DNA of 64,000 nt from Geopsychrobacteraceae bacterium. Lineage in GTDB: Bacteria; Desulfobacterota; Desulfuromonadia; Desulfuromonadales; Geopsychrobacteraceae. The notes under the pieces were generated by a model. The model saw only the letters and a program-made list of their open reading frames with translations, was not told where the DNA came from and ran no database searches. Numbering within the stretch: position 1 is the first letter of the stretch; each line of letters starts with the position of its first letter. Shown here in pieces: positions 29,862 through 40,131 of this stretch. The translations under genes were made by a program, and so were the position numbers. The DNA is taken from NCBI GenBank assembly GCA_963662315.1, contig OY759353.1, positions 3,328,001-3,392,000 on the forward strand, in the 5' to 3' direction.

Positions 29862-30236
29862 TTAAGCTTCAGCAGCGAGAAGCTCTTCTTTTGAAACAGC
29901 TTCAGATTTGATCCGATCGAGCAATTCAGACAGGGCGGCTTTAACATTTTCACGGATATCGCCGGCAACCAGGATATACAACAGGTCGTCGCCCGGCTTC
30001 AGATCTCCACCAAAAGCTTCGACGGCAACACGATAGATCCCCGGAGCATTTTTCTCAAACTCAGCCCGGATTGCTTCAATCTTGGCGTGATCGGGGGTAA
30101 CCCGAACGCCAATGACTTCTTTTTTGTCTCCGCGACTGGTACCACGGACAATGCCATTATGGCAAAGAATCATTCCAACATTTTTGACAAACTCGGGATC
30201 CTGTTTCCACGTATTGATCTGTTCCTGCATATTCAT
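29862..30236 (-). CDS. moaE: MoaE-like molybdopterin synthase subunit
   Basis: GMILCHNGIVR..VAGDIRENV..K.E; Moco gene context. Confidence 0.8.
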   Translation of the reverse strand: MNMQEQINTWKQDPEFVKNVGMILCHNGIVRGTSRGDKKEVIGVRVTPDHAKIEAIRAEFEKNAPGIYRVAVEAFGGDLKPGDDLLYILVAGDIRENVKAALSELLDRIKSEAVSKEELLAAEA

Positions 30237-30256
30237 AATAGCTCCTGTGCATTTTC

Positions 30257-31471
30257 TTAATTTAAGGTTGAGGAAAAATCCATGACTTTGACCTCAGTTC
30301 CTGCATCCAGGCCACTGCATTGATCGTCAAGAATAATCAAGCCGTCAGCATGGGCCATACTGATGTACTGAGATGTCATCTGTTTTGTTACCGGTGTTGC
30401 GGTGACGACAGAGCCTTCGTCAGCAAGTTTCACCCTGACAAAATCCCAGCGCTTTTCACGTCCTTTGACCGGCTGGGTCAGCTTGGCGATGCGTCCGGAG
30501 GGATGCACGTTTTGCAGGCCGCTGAGTTTTCTCAGTACCGGGATCAGGTAGGCCATGATATTGGTTAAAAATGCCGCCGGGTAACCAGGCATACCGAAGA
30601 ACAGTTTCTGTTCCCGGCGTGCGACCAGCATCGGCCGTCCCGGTTTGATTCTGGTTCGGTCAACCAGCAGCTCAAAGCCACTCTGCTGCAGCAGGGGCCT
30701 GATATAGTCAAACTGCCCCATGGAGACGCCACCAGAGGTGACCACCAGATCGTTCTGCCAGGCCAGCTGATCAACCACCTTGGCAATGACTTCGGGTTTA
30801 TCTTCGACCGGGCCACGCACCACAACATCCATCCCCAATTGGCGCAGGGTGTTGCTCAGGACAAAACTGTTACTTTCATAGACCATTCCCGGGCGATGGC
30901 TTTGCCCCGGTTTGAGTAACTCGTTGCCGGTAATCAGCACACCGATGCGCGGGCGCCGATAAACCTTAACCCGATCAAAGCCAAGGTAACACAAAACACT
31001 GTGGCGGACGGCATCCAGACGGACCCCGACTGGCAGCACAAGTTCCCCCTTGCCAAATTCTTCACCGATACGATTGATATTGTCTCCTGGTTCGGGCTGC
31101 TGCTGAATAGTGACACGCTGCTGATTCAAGGAGGTACTCTCGACTCGGATAACCGCCTGAGATCCCTCCGGAACTGTCGCTCCGGTCATAACCGCGACAG
31201 CATTCGCTCCGCTGAGCCCGGCACGTGGCAGGTCCTCGGCCGCCAGGGTATCCAATACGGAAAATTCCGTCGTATCCAAGGTTCCAAGGGCATAGCCGTC
31301 AACGGCACTGCGCATCGTATCAGGAAACGGACGCGGTGTTTTTACCTCGGTTGCCAGTACATGACCAAAGGCATCGCCGATTTCAAGACGGGTTGTTTCA
31401 ACCGGCTGAACAGCTTCAAGTAGTCGCGCCAGGGCCGCTGAATAGGAAAGGTTTTGCACGTCAGCACTCAT
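30257..31471 (-). CDS. moeA: Molybdopterin molybdotransferase
   Basis: SAVDGYA, MTGA..P, TGNEL, TSGGVSMG and KPGRP motifs; GGAG RBS before ATG 31471. Confidence 0.93.
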   Translation of the reverse strand: MSADVQNLSYSAALARLLEAVQPVETTRLEIGDAFGHVLATEVKTPRPFPDTMRSAVDGYALGTLDTTEFSVLDTLAAEDLPRAGLSGANAVAVMTGATVPEGSQAVIRVESTSLNQQRVTIQQQPEPGDNINRIGEEFGKGELVLPVGVRLDAVRHSVLCYLGFDRVKVYRRPRIGVLITGNELLKPGQSHRPGMVYESNSFVLSNTLRQLGMDVVVRGPVEDKPEVIAKVVDQLAWQNDLVVTSGGVSMGQFDYIRPLLQQSGFELLVDRTRIKPGRPMLVARREQKLFFGMPGYPAAFLTNIMAYLIPVLRKLSGLQNVHPSGRIAKLTQPVKGREKRWDFVRVKLADEGSVVTATPVTKQMTSQYISMAHADGLIILDDQCSGLDAGTEVKVMDFSSTLN

Positions 31472-31476
31472 GATGA

Positions 31477-32505
31477 TCAACTCCTCCCGAAGGGGCAGAT
31501 AGGATAGTGGCAAACTTTGCAAAAGTGGCACAACCCCCCATGTCCTGAACGGGCGATTTCTTCAGGTGTTATCTCTTGTCCGGCCACGATTCTCGGCAGG
31601 AAAATATCAAATGCCGTGGCCGCGAAAACCAATGCCGCGGCGGGAATCGCACAGACAGTTTTCTTGCCGACGTAGCCAATGGTGAAATTGTTACCGGGCT
31701 GCACCGGGTTCCCTTTTTGTGAGAAGCTGATCCCGGCATCCTTCATCGCCTGGGTCGTGACATCATCAGGATCTACCGATGTTCCGCCGGTGATCATTAA
31801 AAGGTCGCTTTTTTCCAGAGCTGCTGAGATAGCACGACTGATCGCTTCCTGATTATCCGGTAAAATTTCAGCTACGGTAACGTCAATACCAAGAGAAGAC
31901 ATCTTTTTTTTCAGCTTGGGGGTGAAGCCATCCTTGATTTTGCCGCTATAAACTTCGCTGCCAGTGACCAGAATCGCTGCTGTTTTTACACTATAAGGAT
32001 CAACGCTGATAAGCGGTTCAGCAAGTTCGGCTTTGATCTGGTCAAAAACCTCGCGTGGGCAGGTCAAGGGGATGATGCGGAAAGCCGCAACTTGTTTTCC
32101 GGCACTGACCGGAAAGTTGGTATGAATGGTTGGTAATGAAGGAATCGCCAGGCGGTTAATGCGCTCGAGACGCTCAGGATCAACCCGAAAAACTCCCGGA
32201 CAGGTAGCATAGAAACCAATCTTTCCTTCTTTGGGCTGTGCATCGTAGCGAATGTTCGGTCCGGCAATCAGTGGCGCCAGGGTACAGGCGGCCTCGTTTT
32301 CATGAATCTCTACTTCATTGCCTTCCCAGACATAAATATTCTGTTTGCCCAGACGCGCCAGAACCTCAAGATCCTCTTTTTCAATCACATGCCCACGGCT
32401 GAAGGCTACCCCCTTGATCCCTTGATCGAGATCAACCACCGTAATATCGTAGCCTAGAACTTGCCCTTCCGCTTGTGCCAGAGGTACCTTGATCATTGTT
32501 GTCAT
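31477..32505 (-). CDS. Molybdopterin-binding protein (MoeA/MoaB-Mog-like) with C-terminal Cys cluster
   Basis: TGSEVY.G.I.D.F and TGGTSVDPDD motifs; C-terminal GGLCHFCKVCHYPICPFG. Confidence 0.85.
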   Translation of the reverse strand: MTTMIKVPLAQAEGQVLGYDITVVDLDQGIKGVAFSRGHVIEKEDLEVLARLGKQNIYVWEGNEVEIHENEAACTLAPLIAGPNIRYDAQPKEGKIGFYATCPGVFRVDPERLERINRLAIPSLPTIHTNFPVSAGKQVAAFRIIPLTCPREVFDQIKAELAEPLISVDPYSVKTAAILVTGSEVYSGKIKDGFTPKLKKKMSSLGIDVTVAEILPDNQEAISRAISAALEKSDLLMITGGTSVDPDDVTTQAMKDAGISFSQKGNPVQPGNNFTIGYVGKKTVCAIPAAALVFAATAFDIFLPRIVAGQEITPEEIARSGHGGLCHFCKVCHYPICPFGRS

Positions 32506-32596
32506 CTCCTGTCTTCATGACAATGTCGCCCGCACCGGCGCATCTTAACGGTGCTGCCATTGCACCATTTTTTCACCAATCTGTAGCTAAACAGTT

Positions 32597-32612
32597 AGCG
32601 ATAACTATGCCA
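32597..32612 (-). promoter_or_regulatory. sigma54 -24/-12 promoter of the Moco operon
   Basis: Minus strand TGGCATAGTTATCGCT (GG-N10-GC). Confidence 0.7.
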
Positions 32613-32807
32613 AACAGGACGGCGATATTTTTCTTAAAACAGTTTCTTATAGCAGACTAAAAAATAGAGAGAAACAGGATATCGCTACTTCCTGCAGGCA
32701 AAACCTTATAGAGGGGAAATGGTGGGAGCGGGGAGGATTTTCTCATAATGCTCTTTGCCAATGTCAGATTGAGACATGCATGGCAAATCCAATAATGGAT
32801 AGCTGCT

Positions 32808-32878
32808 AAAAAAACTCTCTCGGCGTTATCCATGCCGATAGCCGCTCAATTGGCTGCGTGCATGGATAACGCCGGAGA
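32808..32878 (-). terminator. Terminator after the chemoreceptor gene
   Basis: 15-bp perfect inverted repeat CGGCGTTATCCATGC/GCATGGATAACGCCG, then a T tract on the minus strand. Confidence 0.75.
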
Positions 32879-32904
32879 AGTCTTTTCTGTGACTGGTTAT
32901 ATGC

Positions 32905-34899
32905 TTAGGCCAATAATCTCTGACTGTGGCTTTCCGTGAAGGTCATTGAATTCTGTGTCTCCAGTTTAAACCTTTGCAGCATCTCTTGCAGACGCTCTGC
33001 CTGTCCTGATAGCTCTTCGGCAGAAGCGGCGCTCTCTTCAGCCATAGCCATATTCTGCTGGGTCACGCGGTCGATCTGTTCGAGACCAATGTTTACCTGT
33101 CTGACTCCTTGAGCCTGCTCTTCTGAAACCATTGATATTTCAGCCACCAGATCGGTTACCTTATTGACCTCATTGACTATATTCTCAAGTTCCTGTGCGG
33201 TGCGGCCGGCAATGGTTGAACCTTCGCCGGTTACATCTGCCGAACCCTCGATAAGCTCTGCCGTTTCGCGAGCTGCTTTGGCACTTCTGGCGGCCAGGTT
33301 GCGGACCTCTTCAGCGACAACGGCAAATCCTTTGCCATGCTGTCCAGCCCGGGCCGCTTCAACCGCCGCATTAAGGGCCAGCAGGTTGGTTTGAAAGGCG
33401 ATTTCATCGATAGTTTTGATAATTTTTGAGATGTTCTGGCTCGAATCCTTAATTTTAGTCATCGCCTGGACCATCTCTTTCATACGCTCATTGCCTTCCA
33501 CGGCATATTTTTGTGCGCTGGCTGATAATTCTCTGGCCTGACGCGCATTCTCGGCATTGGAGGTACTTTGTGAGGCCATTTGGGTCACCGACGCCGTAAT
33601 CTCTTCCAGAGATGCGGCGGATTCTGAACCCCCTTGAGATAGTGCTTGTGACGCTCCGGCAATCTCGGTGCTGCCGGCATTGACTCTTTCACTGGCCATC
33701 GAAACCTCGGCCATCATTTGATTGAGGTTCTTTAACATAGATTCCAGGGCCTGGCCCAGGCTATCTTTTTCCGAAGACATTTTGACATGAACGGTTAAAT
33801 CACCCTGGGCAACTTTCTCCACCAGCTCGGCGCGCTGGCTCATACTGTCTGCCATTTCATCCAGAGCTTTACTCAGATCGCCCAACTCATCACTGCGAGT
33901 TAATGCCAGGCGCTGAGAGGTGTCACCCTCTTTAACTGCTGTCGCAAATTCCACCCCTTTTTTCAGCGTTTTGACGATTGGCGACACCAGCAGGAATAGG
34001 AATAATGCCACCACAACGGCCAAGGTCAGTGTACTGTAGATATTGACATTTCTTACTGAAATGACCGAAGAATAGATATCTTCCGGTGAAGCGGTCACCC
34101 CTATTGTCCATCCGGTATACTTATCAGTGCCAAACACGAGAATTTTTTCTTCACCATCAAGCTCATAAGAAACGACTTTTCCGGCGTTTTCTACCTTCAT
34201 CATTTCCTTACCGATGGCGAAATCTCTGGTATTGACTTTCAGGATGCGCTGCTTATCGGGGTGTGCGATGAGAACACCATCTTTATCAGTGACAAAAGCG
34301 TAACCTTCCTTGCCGACTTTTAGCGGGTCAATAAACACCTCGGAAAAACCCGAGAGATCAACGGCGGAAAAAATCATTCCAAGGACCGTGCCATTGGTTT
34401 TGACCGGCGCAGCAACCACAAAAATGGGTTTTCCGGTGGACTTGCTGGCGACTGGTTTTGATATGGATATTTTCCCCGCCATAGCAGCCTGGAAATAATC
34501 ACGAGTTTTTAAGTTCAGTTTGCCTATCATTGGGATTTCACTACCAGATATCAACAATCCATCCTTATTTAATATCCCAAGATTTTCATAAGCCGGATAG
34601 TTGCTTTTCAGCGTGCTGAAAATCGCATTTGCGTTCTTGACTCCTTCCTCTGATTGTAATGCACCTATAATCTCTGCACTTTTTGACCAGGAAGATAAAT
34701 CAGCGACAATATCACTTACCCAAGTGTCAATCTGCTTGCTTGACGTATTGATATTCACAACCATATTGTCACTGACAATTTGGGTTATTGCTTCTTTTGA
34801 ATTCCGATATGAGATAGCGGCAGTTATCAACATGCCGACAATCATGATGGTTGTTACAGGTATCAGAATTCGGTTTCTAAGATTCATTCTCAGCTGCAT
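32905..34899 (-). CDS. Methyl-accepting chemotaxis protein with Cache-type periplasmic domain
   Basis: TM-Cache (RDYF, GYAF..D..G..IAHP)-[32 protein letters not shown]. Confidence 0.95.
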   Translation of the reverse strand: MQLRMNLRNRILIPVTTIMIVGMLITAAISYRNSKEAITQIVSDNMVVNINTSSKQIDTWVSDIVADLSSWSKSAEIIGALQSEEGVKNANAIFSTLKSNYPAYENLGILNKDGLLISGSEIPMIGKLNLKTRDYFQAAMAGKISISKPVASKSTGKPIFVVAAPVKTNGTVLGMIFSAVDLSGFSEVFIDPLKVGKEGYAFVTDKDGVLIAHPDKQRILKVNTRDFAIGKEMMKVENAGKVVSYELDGEEKILVFGTDKYTGWTIGVTASPEDIYSSVISVRNVNIYSTLTLAVVVALFLFLLVSPIVKTLKKGVEFATAVKEGDTSQRLALTRSDELGDLSKALDEMADSMSQRAELVEKVAQGDLTVHVKMSSEKDSLGQALESMLKNLNQMMAEVSMASERVNAGSTEIAGASQALSQGGSESAASLEEITASVTQMASQSTSNAENARQARELSASAQKYAVEGNERMKEMVQAMTKIKDSSQNISKIIKTIDEIAFQTNLLALNAAVEAARAGQHGKGFAVVAEEVRNLAARSAKAARETAELIEGSADVTGEGSTIAGRTAQELENIVNEVNKVTDLVAEISMVSEEQAQGVRQVNIGLEQIDRVTQQNMAMAEESAASAEELSGQAERLQEMLQRFKLETQNSMTFTESHSQRLLA

Positions 34900-35133
34900 A
34901 ACACAGGATCCTCTCTTGTGTTCACTTCCTGCTCCTTAATGGAGAGTTCAGGAGTGCTAAAGGTTTATAATTTTTCATGTTTTTGTGTTCACAGCTGAGG
35001 TGTACGGGGGGTGCCCCTCAGGGTGCAGAAATGCGTCAGGCCGTATTAGGAATGAAAAGGATGGGATTCATTGATTAGGCATAGTTAATGTATTGGCTGT
35101 TACCAATAAAGTCAATTCAAATTTTCATAGTTG

Positions 35134-35172
35134 AAAAAAAAGGTCTCGATCCGATTAACAGACCGAGACCTT
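35134..35172 (-). terminator. Rho-independent terminator
   Basis: AAGGTCTCG stem followed by a T tract on the minus strand, downstream of the MFS gene. Confidence 0.7.
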
Positions 35173-35229
35173 CAATATTGAGCTGTCAGCAAACAGGAAT
35201 TACCTGTTTACATTCCTTTAGGGGGGTGA

Positions 35230-36573
35230 TCAGACTTCGCCACTTGCTGTTGTTCTCATGTATTTTTGCAGAATAATGACGATGCCAAAAATAATCAGCG
35301 CACCAATGCTATTGACTGTACACATTTTCTGAACGCCCCAACCTGCCTGAAGGCTTAAACCTCCAACCAGTGGCGCAACCAGGGTCCCGATTTTACCAAT
35401 ACCATAGGCAAAGCCGATACCACTGCCACGCATTTCAGCCGGATAGACCGAGGATGCCAATCCCATTAATGAGGAATTGCCGCCGTTGACAAACATACCG
35501 GTAAAAATGGAGACAACCAGGACAATTATAAAAGCGTGGGAAGCAAAATAGCCAAATGCGTTTAACGCAATAAAGGCACCAATAAATAGGTACTTAACGA
35601 CGTTAAGCTTGTTGTATTTGGACATGCAGCGGCCAATACACAGGCAGGCAATGACTGATCCCAAGTGAATAAACGCAAACCCGATACTGAACTGCTGGGT
35701 GGTCGCACCTGCATCTTTAAGCAGCTTAGGTACCCACGAAAAGAGAATCCACAGCAGGTAGAAACTCAGGAAAAACAGAATCCACAGCAACGTCGTGGTT
35801 TTTGCATACTCTCCGGAAAACATACCTTTGAGGCCACCACTCTTTTTCTTACCCGGCTCCTGCTCTTGGACACTCAATTTTACCGCCGAGAGGTCAAGAG
35901 CCGAGTCTTTATCAATTTTTCTGACGATCCCTTTGGCTTTTTCCTGATCGCCACTTTTGACTAAGTGACTTAAGGATTCAGGGAGCATTATCATGACCAA
36001 TAAAGCGATCACGATAGGAGCAATTCCGCCAACATAGAAAACTGATTGCCAACCCCAATGGGGCAGGAGATAAGAAGCAGAAAACGCGGCAATCATGGCA
36101 CCAGTCGGCATGCCACCCCACATATACAGAGACAGGCCGGCGCGTAAACGTGCAGGCGCATATTCACTTCCGAACGCCAAGGCATTAGGAATGACACCGC
36201 CCATACCCAGGCCGGCAAGAAAGCGGTAAACACCAAGCTCTGTACAACTGGTGATATGAACTGTCATGTAAGTGAAAAAGCCAAAGACCAATGCAGAAAA
36301 AAACATTGTCTTTTTGCGTCCGTAGCGGTCAGCGACCATGCCTAAAATAACAGCGCCAACCATAGGTCCTAACTGACCGGCACTGACTGCAGCACCAATT
36401 TCAGCTGGAGAAACATTCAGATGACTCATCATGCCTGGGATTGCGACCCCGATGACAGTCAGATCAAATCCATCAAAAAAAACGACGATAAAGCATAAAA
36501 CACAGATACCGATCTGATAAGTGGAAAAGGGTAGATCGTCAAACACCTCATTTACATCAATTGTCTTCTCCAT
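35230..36573 (-). CDS. MFS aromatic acid:H+ symporter (PcaK/BenK-like)
   Basis: DGFD in TM1, ADRYGRK, SEYAP.R.R, LPES and YP...RG.G.G motifs. Confidence 0.85.
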   Translation of the reverse strand: MEKTIDVNEVFDDLPFSTYQIGICVLCFIVVFFDGFDLTVIGVAIPGMMSHLNVSPAEIGAAVSAGQLGPMVGAVILGMVADRYGRKKTMFFSALVFGFFTYMTVHITSCTELGVYRFLAGLGMGGVIPNALAFGSEYAPARLRAGLSLYMWGGMPTGAMIAAFSASYLLPHWGWQSVFYVGGIAPIVIALLVMIMLPESLSHLVKSGDQEKAKGIVRKIDKDSALDLSAVKLSVQEQEPGKKKSGGLKGMFSGEYAKTTTLLWILFFLSFYLLWILFSWVPKLLKDAGATTQQFSIGFAFIHLGSVIACLCIGRCMSKYNKLNVVKYLFIGAFIALNAFGYFASHAFIIVLVVSIFTGMFVNGGNSSLMGLASSVYPAEMRGSGIGFAYGIGKIGTLVAPLVGGLSLQAGWGVQKMCTVNSIGALIIFGIVIILQKYMRTTASGEV

Positions 36574-36661
36574 TGTGTAATCTCCTTGAGATTGAAAAAC
36601 GGATCATGAAACGATGTTAAATACGTCGCATCATTGCGACGAGCTTTATATTCTAAAGTTA

Positions 36662-37240
36662 TTAGTATGCAATCTCTCTCCTGGCGGGATCAGCAAAGAC
36701 GCCGTAAATCAAAATATCAATAGTCTGTTCCATGGTACTTTGAAAGGTACTGTTACTTTGGGTCAAAAACTGATAATCCCCGAGTTCATTAATTGAACCC
36801 CGATAAATTTTCCATAAGATCTTCATGTTGACCGTACGGAAGAGTCCCGCAGTTACCCCTTGTTGCAAAATATCAGCAACGCGTTGCCATCTGTCTTCAA
36901 AAAAAGTCTCGTATTTCAGCCATTCATCAGGCATTTGGCGTTTGATATCAATAATGGCCCTGACACTCAACGGCCCCAGAGCTTTAGGCGACGCCATCAT
37001 CAGCGCTTTTAACTTATCGATGTAACCCAGATTAGGTTTAGCCATGATTTCTGCTATCTGCTGTTTTAAATCGCGTAAAATTTCATCCAGGACAGCCCCA
37101 ACCAATTCATCCTTGGAGTCAAACAATTCATAGATTTTCCGTTTACTGACGGCCAACTGTGAAGCGAGCTGGGCCAAAGTAAAATTCAGGCCCTGCTCGT
37201 TCATCAGTTGTAGTGTTTCAGACAAGAATCTTTCACGCAT
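36662..37240 (-). CDS. TetR family regulator
   Basis: N-terminal HTH FTL..LA..L.VSKR.IY..F.SKDEL. Confidence 0.9.
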   Translation of the reverse strand: MRERFLSETLQLMNEQGLNFTLAQLASQLAVSKRKIYELFDSKDELVGAVLDEILRDLKQQIAEIMAKPNLGYIDKLKALMMASPKALGPLSVRAIIDIKRQMPDEWLKYETFFEDRWQRVADILQQGVTAGLFRTVNMKILWKIYRGSINELGDYQFLTQSNSTFQSTMEQTIDILIYGVFADPARREIAY

Positions 37241-37293
37241 AAACAAACCGATCCGATCTTACGGTACCCATACCGTTCCTTGGGTACCGGTTT

Positions 37294-37333
37294 AAAAAAT
37301 AGTAAAAGAGCCAGCCAGGCCGACTCTTTTACT
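37294..37333 (-). terminator. Terminator after the OFA MFS gene
   Basis: AGTAAAAGAG/CTCTTTTACT stem with downstream T tract. Confidence 0.6.
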
Positions 37334-37399
37334 TAAATGTCAGATATTTGCTTATTCGAAAAAAGGCTCAAATCCTAGCATATTAAAAGAGCCAACTTC

Positions 37400-38653
37400 T
37401 TAAGATTTAGCAGCTTTAGCGCCAGCAGGATAAGCTTCTGCAGAGCGTTTATCCATTATGCGGAATACAGCAGCCGCTACCAGACCGACAACATTAACAC
37501 CCAGTGCAATCCAGAAAGCCTGGTTATAATCACCAGTAGCAGCACGAACCTTACCGGCCAACAAGGGACCGGACAGAGCGGCAAGACTGAAGCCGATGAA
37601 GGTTACACCATAGTTAACACCAAAGTTTTTCATGCCATAGCGCTCACTGATGATGGATGGCATAAGACCCATGAAACCACCAAAAACAGCACCAACACCG
37701 ACACCAGAAGCAACAAATCCGGCGATTGACCCGGTAAAGGTCAGATTCAACATGGACACTGCAGAAACGATGTACATGATCATCATGGTATTTGAGCGAC
37801 CAATCTTGTCGGACATGCCACCGAAACCGATACGGCCAACGGCATTAGCAAGAGTAATAACGCTGACAAAGAAAGCCGCTTTGATTGGTGTCAGATTAAA
37901 CATCAACTGACCAATTGGTGAAGCATGAGCTAAAACCATCAAGCCTGACATGGCGCCACAATACAGCATAATCAGGATGACCCACCAGATTCCTTCGCCG
38001 ATCATTTTGGTCCACATAACATCATTACCAGCAGGTTTTGCTACAGTGATCGCTGGAGGAGTCCACCCGGCAGGGGCATAACCGGCAGGAGCACGTTTAG
38101 TAACAGTGAGGCACAAAGCGATGATAACAAAGAATACAGTACCTAAAATCTGGAAGCAGGCAAGAATACCGTAGGACGCGATTAATTTAGCGGCAATTGG
38201 AGCCATAACCATAGCACCACAACCATATCCAGCAGAACAGATACCAGCAGCCAAACCACGTTTATCAGGGAAAAACTTAACGGTGTTAGCCACGGTACCA
38301 GCATAAACAACACCGCCGCCAATACCGGCGATAGTGCTGTATGTCAGATACAAAGTACCGATAGCACCTGAGTTGAAACCGGTTAGAACCAGACCAATGG
38401 TAAACATCAAACCACCAACAACAATAGTCGATTTTGAACCAAGTTTATCCTGGATATAACCACCACCGATCATGGCAACAGGGCTTAATCCGTGGTTAAT
38501 AGAAAAGGCTAAACCAAGAGCAGCAGGAGCCCAGCCGAACAAGGCACCAAGGGGTTTAGCAAAAACACTCCAAGCGTACAGGGTACCGATACAGAGATTG
38601 ATAATGACCGCAGCGACGAGAATCAGCCAACGATTATAGTTTTGATCTGACAT
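37400..38653 (-). CDS. OFA (oxalate/formate antiporter) family MFS transporter
   Basis: NRW.I..A......C.G..YAWSVF, KFFPDKRGLA.G and G.KNFG.NYG motifs; AGAGGA RBS before ATG 38653. Confidence 0.88.
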   Translation of the reverse strand: MSDQNYNRWLILVAAVIINLCIGTLYAWSVFAKPLGALFGWAPAALGLAFSINHGLSPVAMIGGGYIQDKLGSKSTIVVGGLMFTIGLVLTGFNSGAIGTLYLTYSTIAGIGGGVVYAGTVANTVKFFPDKRGLAAGICSAGYGCGAMVMAPIAAKLIASYGILACFQILGTVFFVIIALCLTVTKRAPAGYAPAGWTPPAITVAKPAGNDVMWTKMIGEGIWWVILIMLYCGAMSGLMVLAHASPIGQLMFNLTPIKAAFFVSVITLANAVGRIGFGGMSDKIGRSNTMMIMYIVSAVSMLNLTFTGSIAGFVASGVGVGAVFGGFMGLMPSIISERYGMKNFGVNYGVTFIGFSLAALSGPLLAGKVRAATGDYNQAFWIALGVNVVGLVAAAVFRIMDKRSAEAYPAGAKAAKS

Positions 38654-38968
38654 CTTTCTGTCCTCTTGTCTAGAGTTGATAGTCCAGAGCTGAGCATTTA
38701 AATAAAATAAATAAAATAATCCTGCGCTTAGGCAGATGAGAAGCAGCAGGACACAGGAACATGCAAAACTCCTCAAAAACACATCATAAAAATAAAATAA
38801 TGCAGCGGTTGATCAATGTGACTTATTTTAACCAACGCCTAGTAATACTTGCTAAGTTCTTAGATAGAGACACAATAAAAAAATTCCTGCCTGCTTTATT
38901 TTATTGTAGTAAACAATTATCTTAAGTCAGGCAGGGAATTGCATCCTCAAGGAACTTATAAGAAACAA

Positions 38969-39121
38969 TTACTTTTTATCTTCTTCTTTAAAAGTAATGT
39001 TTCCGCCTTCATATTCTTTAGAAGGTTTGAACTTAGTAGATCCATAATTTTGCCCTGGTTTCATTGCCAATGGATCAATAGGTTTTTTAACAACTTTTTT
39101 AGGTTTGCTTTCTTCTGACAT
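38969..39121 (-). CDS. 50-aa Lys-rich hypothetical mini-protein MSEESKPKKVVKKPIDPLAMKPGQNYGSTKFKPSKEYEGGNITFKEEDKK (not in ORF track)
   Basis: AAAGGAGA RBS just upstream of ATG; co-oriented within the oxidoreductase-transporter cluster. Confidence 0.65.
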   Translation of the reverse strand: MSEESKPKKVVKKPIDPLAMKPGQNYGSTKFKPSKEYEGGNITFKEEDKK

Positions 39122-39672
39122 TTTTAATCTCCTTTTTGTTAAATAACTATTTGTTGTTGATGATTAAGTTATTTGCAAAAAGCATCACTACATCAAATAG
39201 AATATTGATTTTGTATCGAATAACAATGACATCTTTACAAATACAAAATCATTTCATCAGGTCAGGATCGATAACCTGTGTTGAAACTGAAATCCTTATA
39301 TAGTGTGTGTATAAAACCACCAAAGCAAAGACATATTAAATATTAAAACTGTGGTACCTATAATATCGATGAAACTGAAAACTGCAGGAAATGTAGACGA
39401 CCATTACCTGAGCGAAAAAAACTGAACCGGTTATGTGCCTTTATATTGGTGAGATGTGTGCTAATCCTTGTCAGCGCCATAAATTAGAAAGAATAGAAAC
39501 TGACGAACAAGATCCCTATTGTAAATGGCACACCCCAGTTAAGTAATTTTCCTATCAGAATTATCTCTTAGATTCCCGGTACCACGCGGACCAGTCATGC
39601 ACAGATTATAATTCCCTTGCTGACAAACAAACCCTGGAAACCTCGACTGAGGCTTCCAGGGGAACATTCCAA

Positions 39673-40008
39673 TTAAGGAACGAAAATAGTAGTTTTTGGA
39701 CCCAGTTCAGCAGCTCTTTGAGCCAATTCTTCGAGGGTGCCGTACTCCATGCACTGTGACAGGCAGTGATGCACGCAAGACGGTTTTTTGCCGTCGGCAA
39801 CACGGTCAGCACACAGGTCACAAAGCTGAGTCGGAACAGCAACATAATCCCACTCAAATTTGCCAGGGGTAACTTCCCATGGGCCATTTTCTACAAGCTT
39901 GATGCCCCATTTGCCAATTGGCAGCTTGAGATGATTTTTACATGCGACCTCACAGCTGTGGCAGCCGGTACACCATTGGTAATTAATCAACAATCCGTTT
40001 TTGGACAT
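39673..40008 (-). CDS. Small 4Fe-4S subunit of the molybdopterin oxidoreductase
   Basis: CTGCHSCEVAC plus CDLC..PSCVHHC..C; truncated DmsB-type protein; GGAGG RBS. Confidence 0.9.
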   Translation of the reverse strand: MSKNGLLINYQWCTGCHSCEVACKNHLKLPIGKWGIKLVENGPWEVTPGKFEWDYVAVPTQLCDLCADRVADGKKPSCVHHCLSQCMEYGTLEELAQRAAELGPKTTIFVP

Positions 40009-40131
40009 TTTGTTCCTCCAATCATCATAGTTTTCGGTTCGGAAGTAGCTTCCGTTCCCTCAAGCGTTGCCGGTCCGGACCGATCAGTTTTGGTCCGAGA
40101 CCGGCTAATCATATGCAAACAGACTCTTTAC

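Noticed and set aside
40040..40105. Two hairpins between the oxidoreductase 1 subunit genes
   Set aside because: Real inverted repeats, but most simply mRNA stability or processing elements; no evidence of a distinct ncRNA or SECIS, and no in-frame UGA read-through context.
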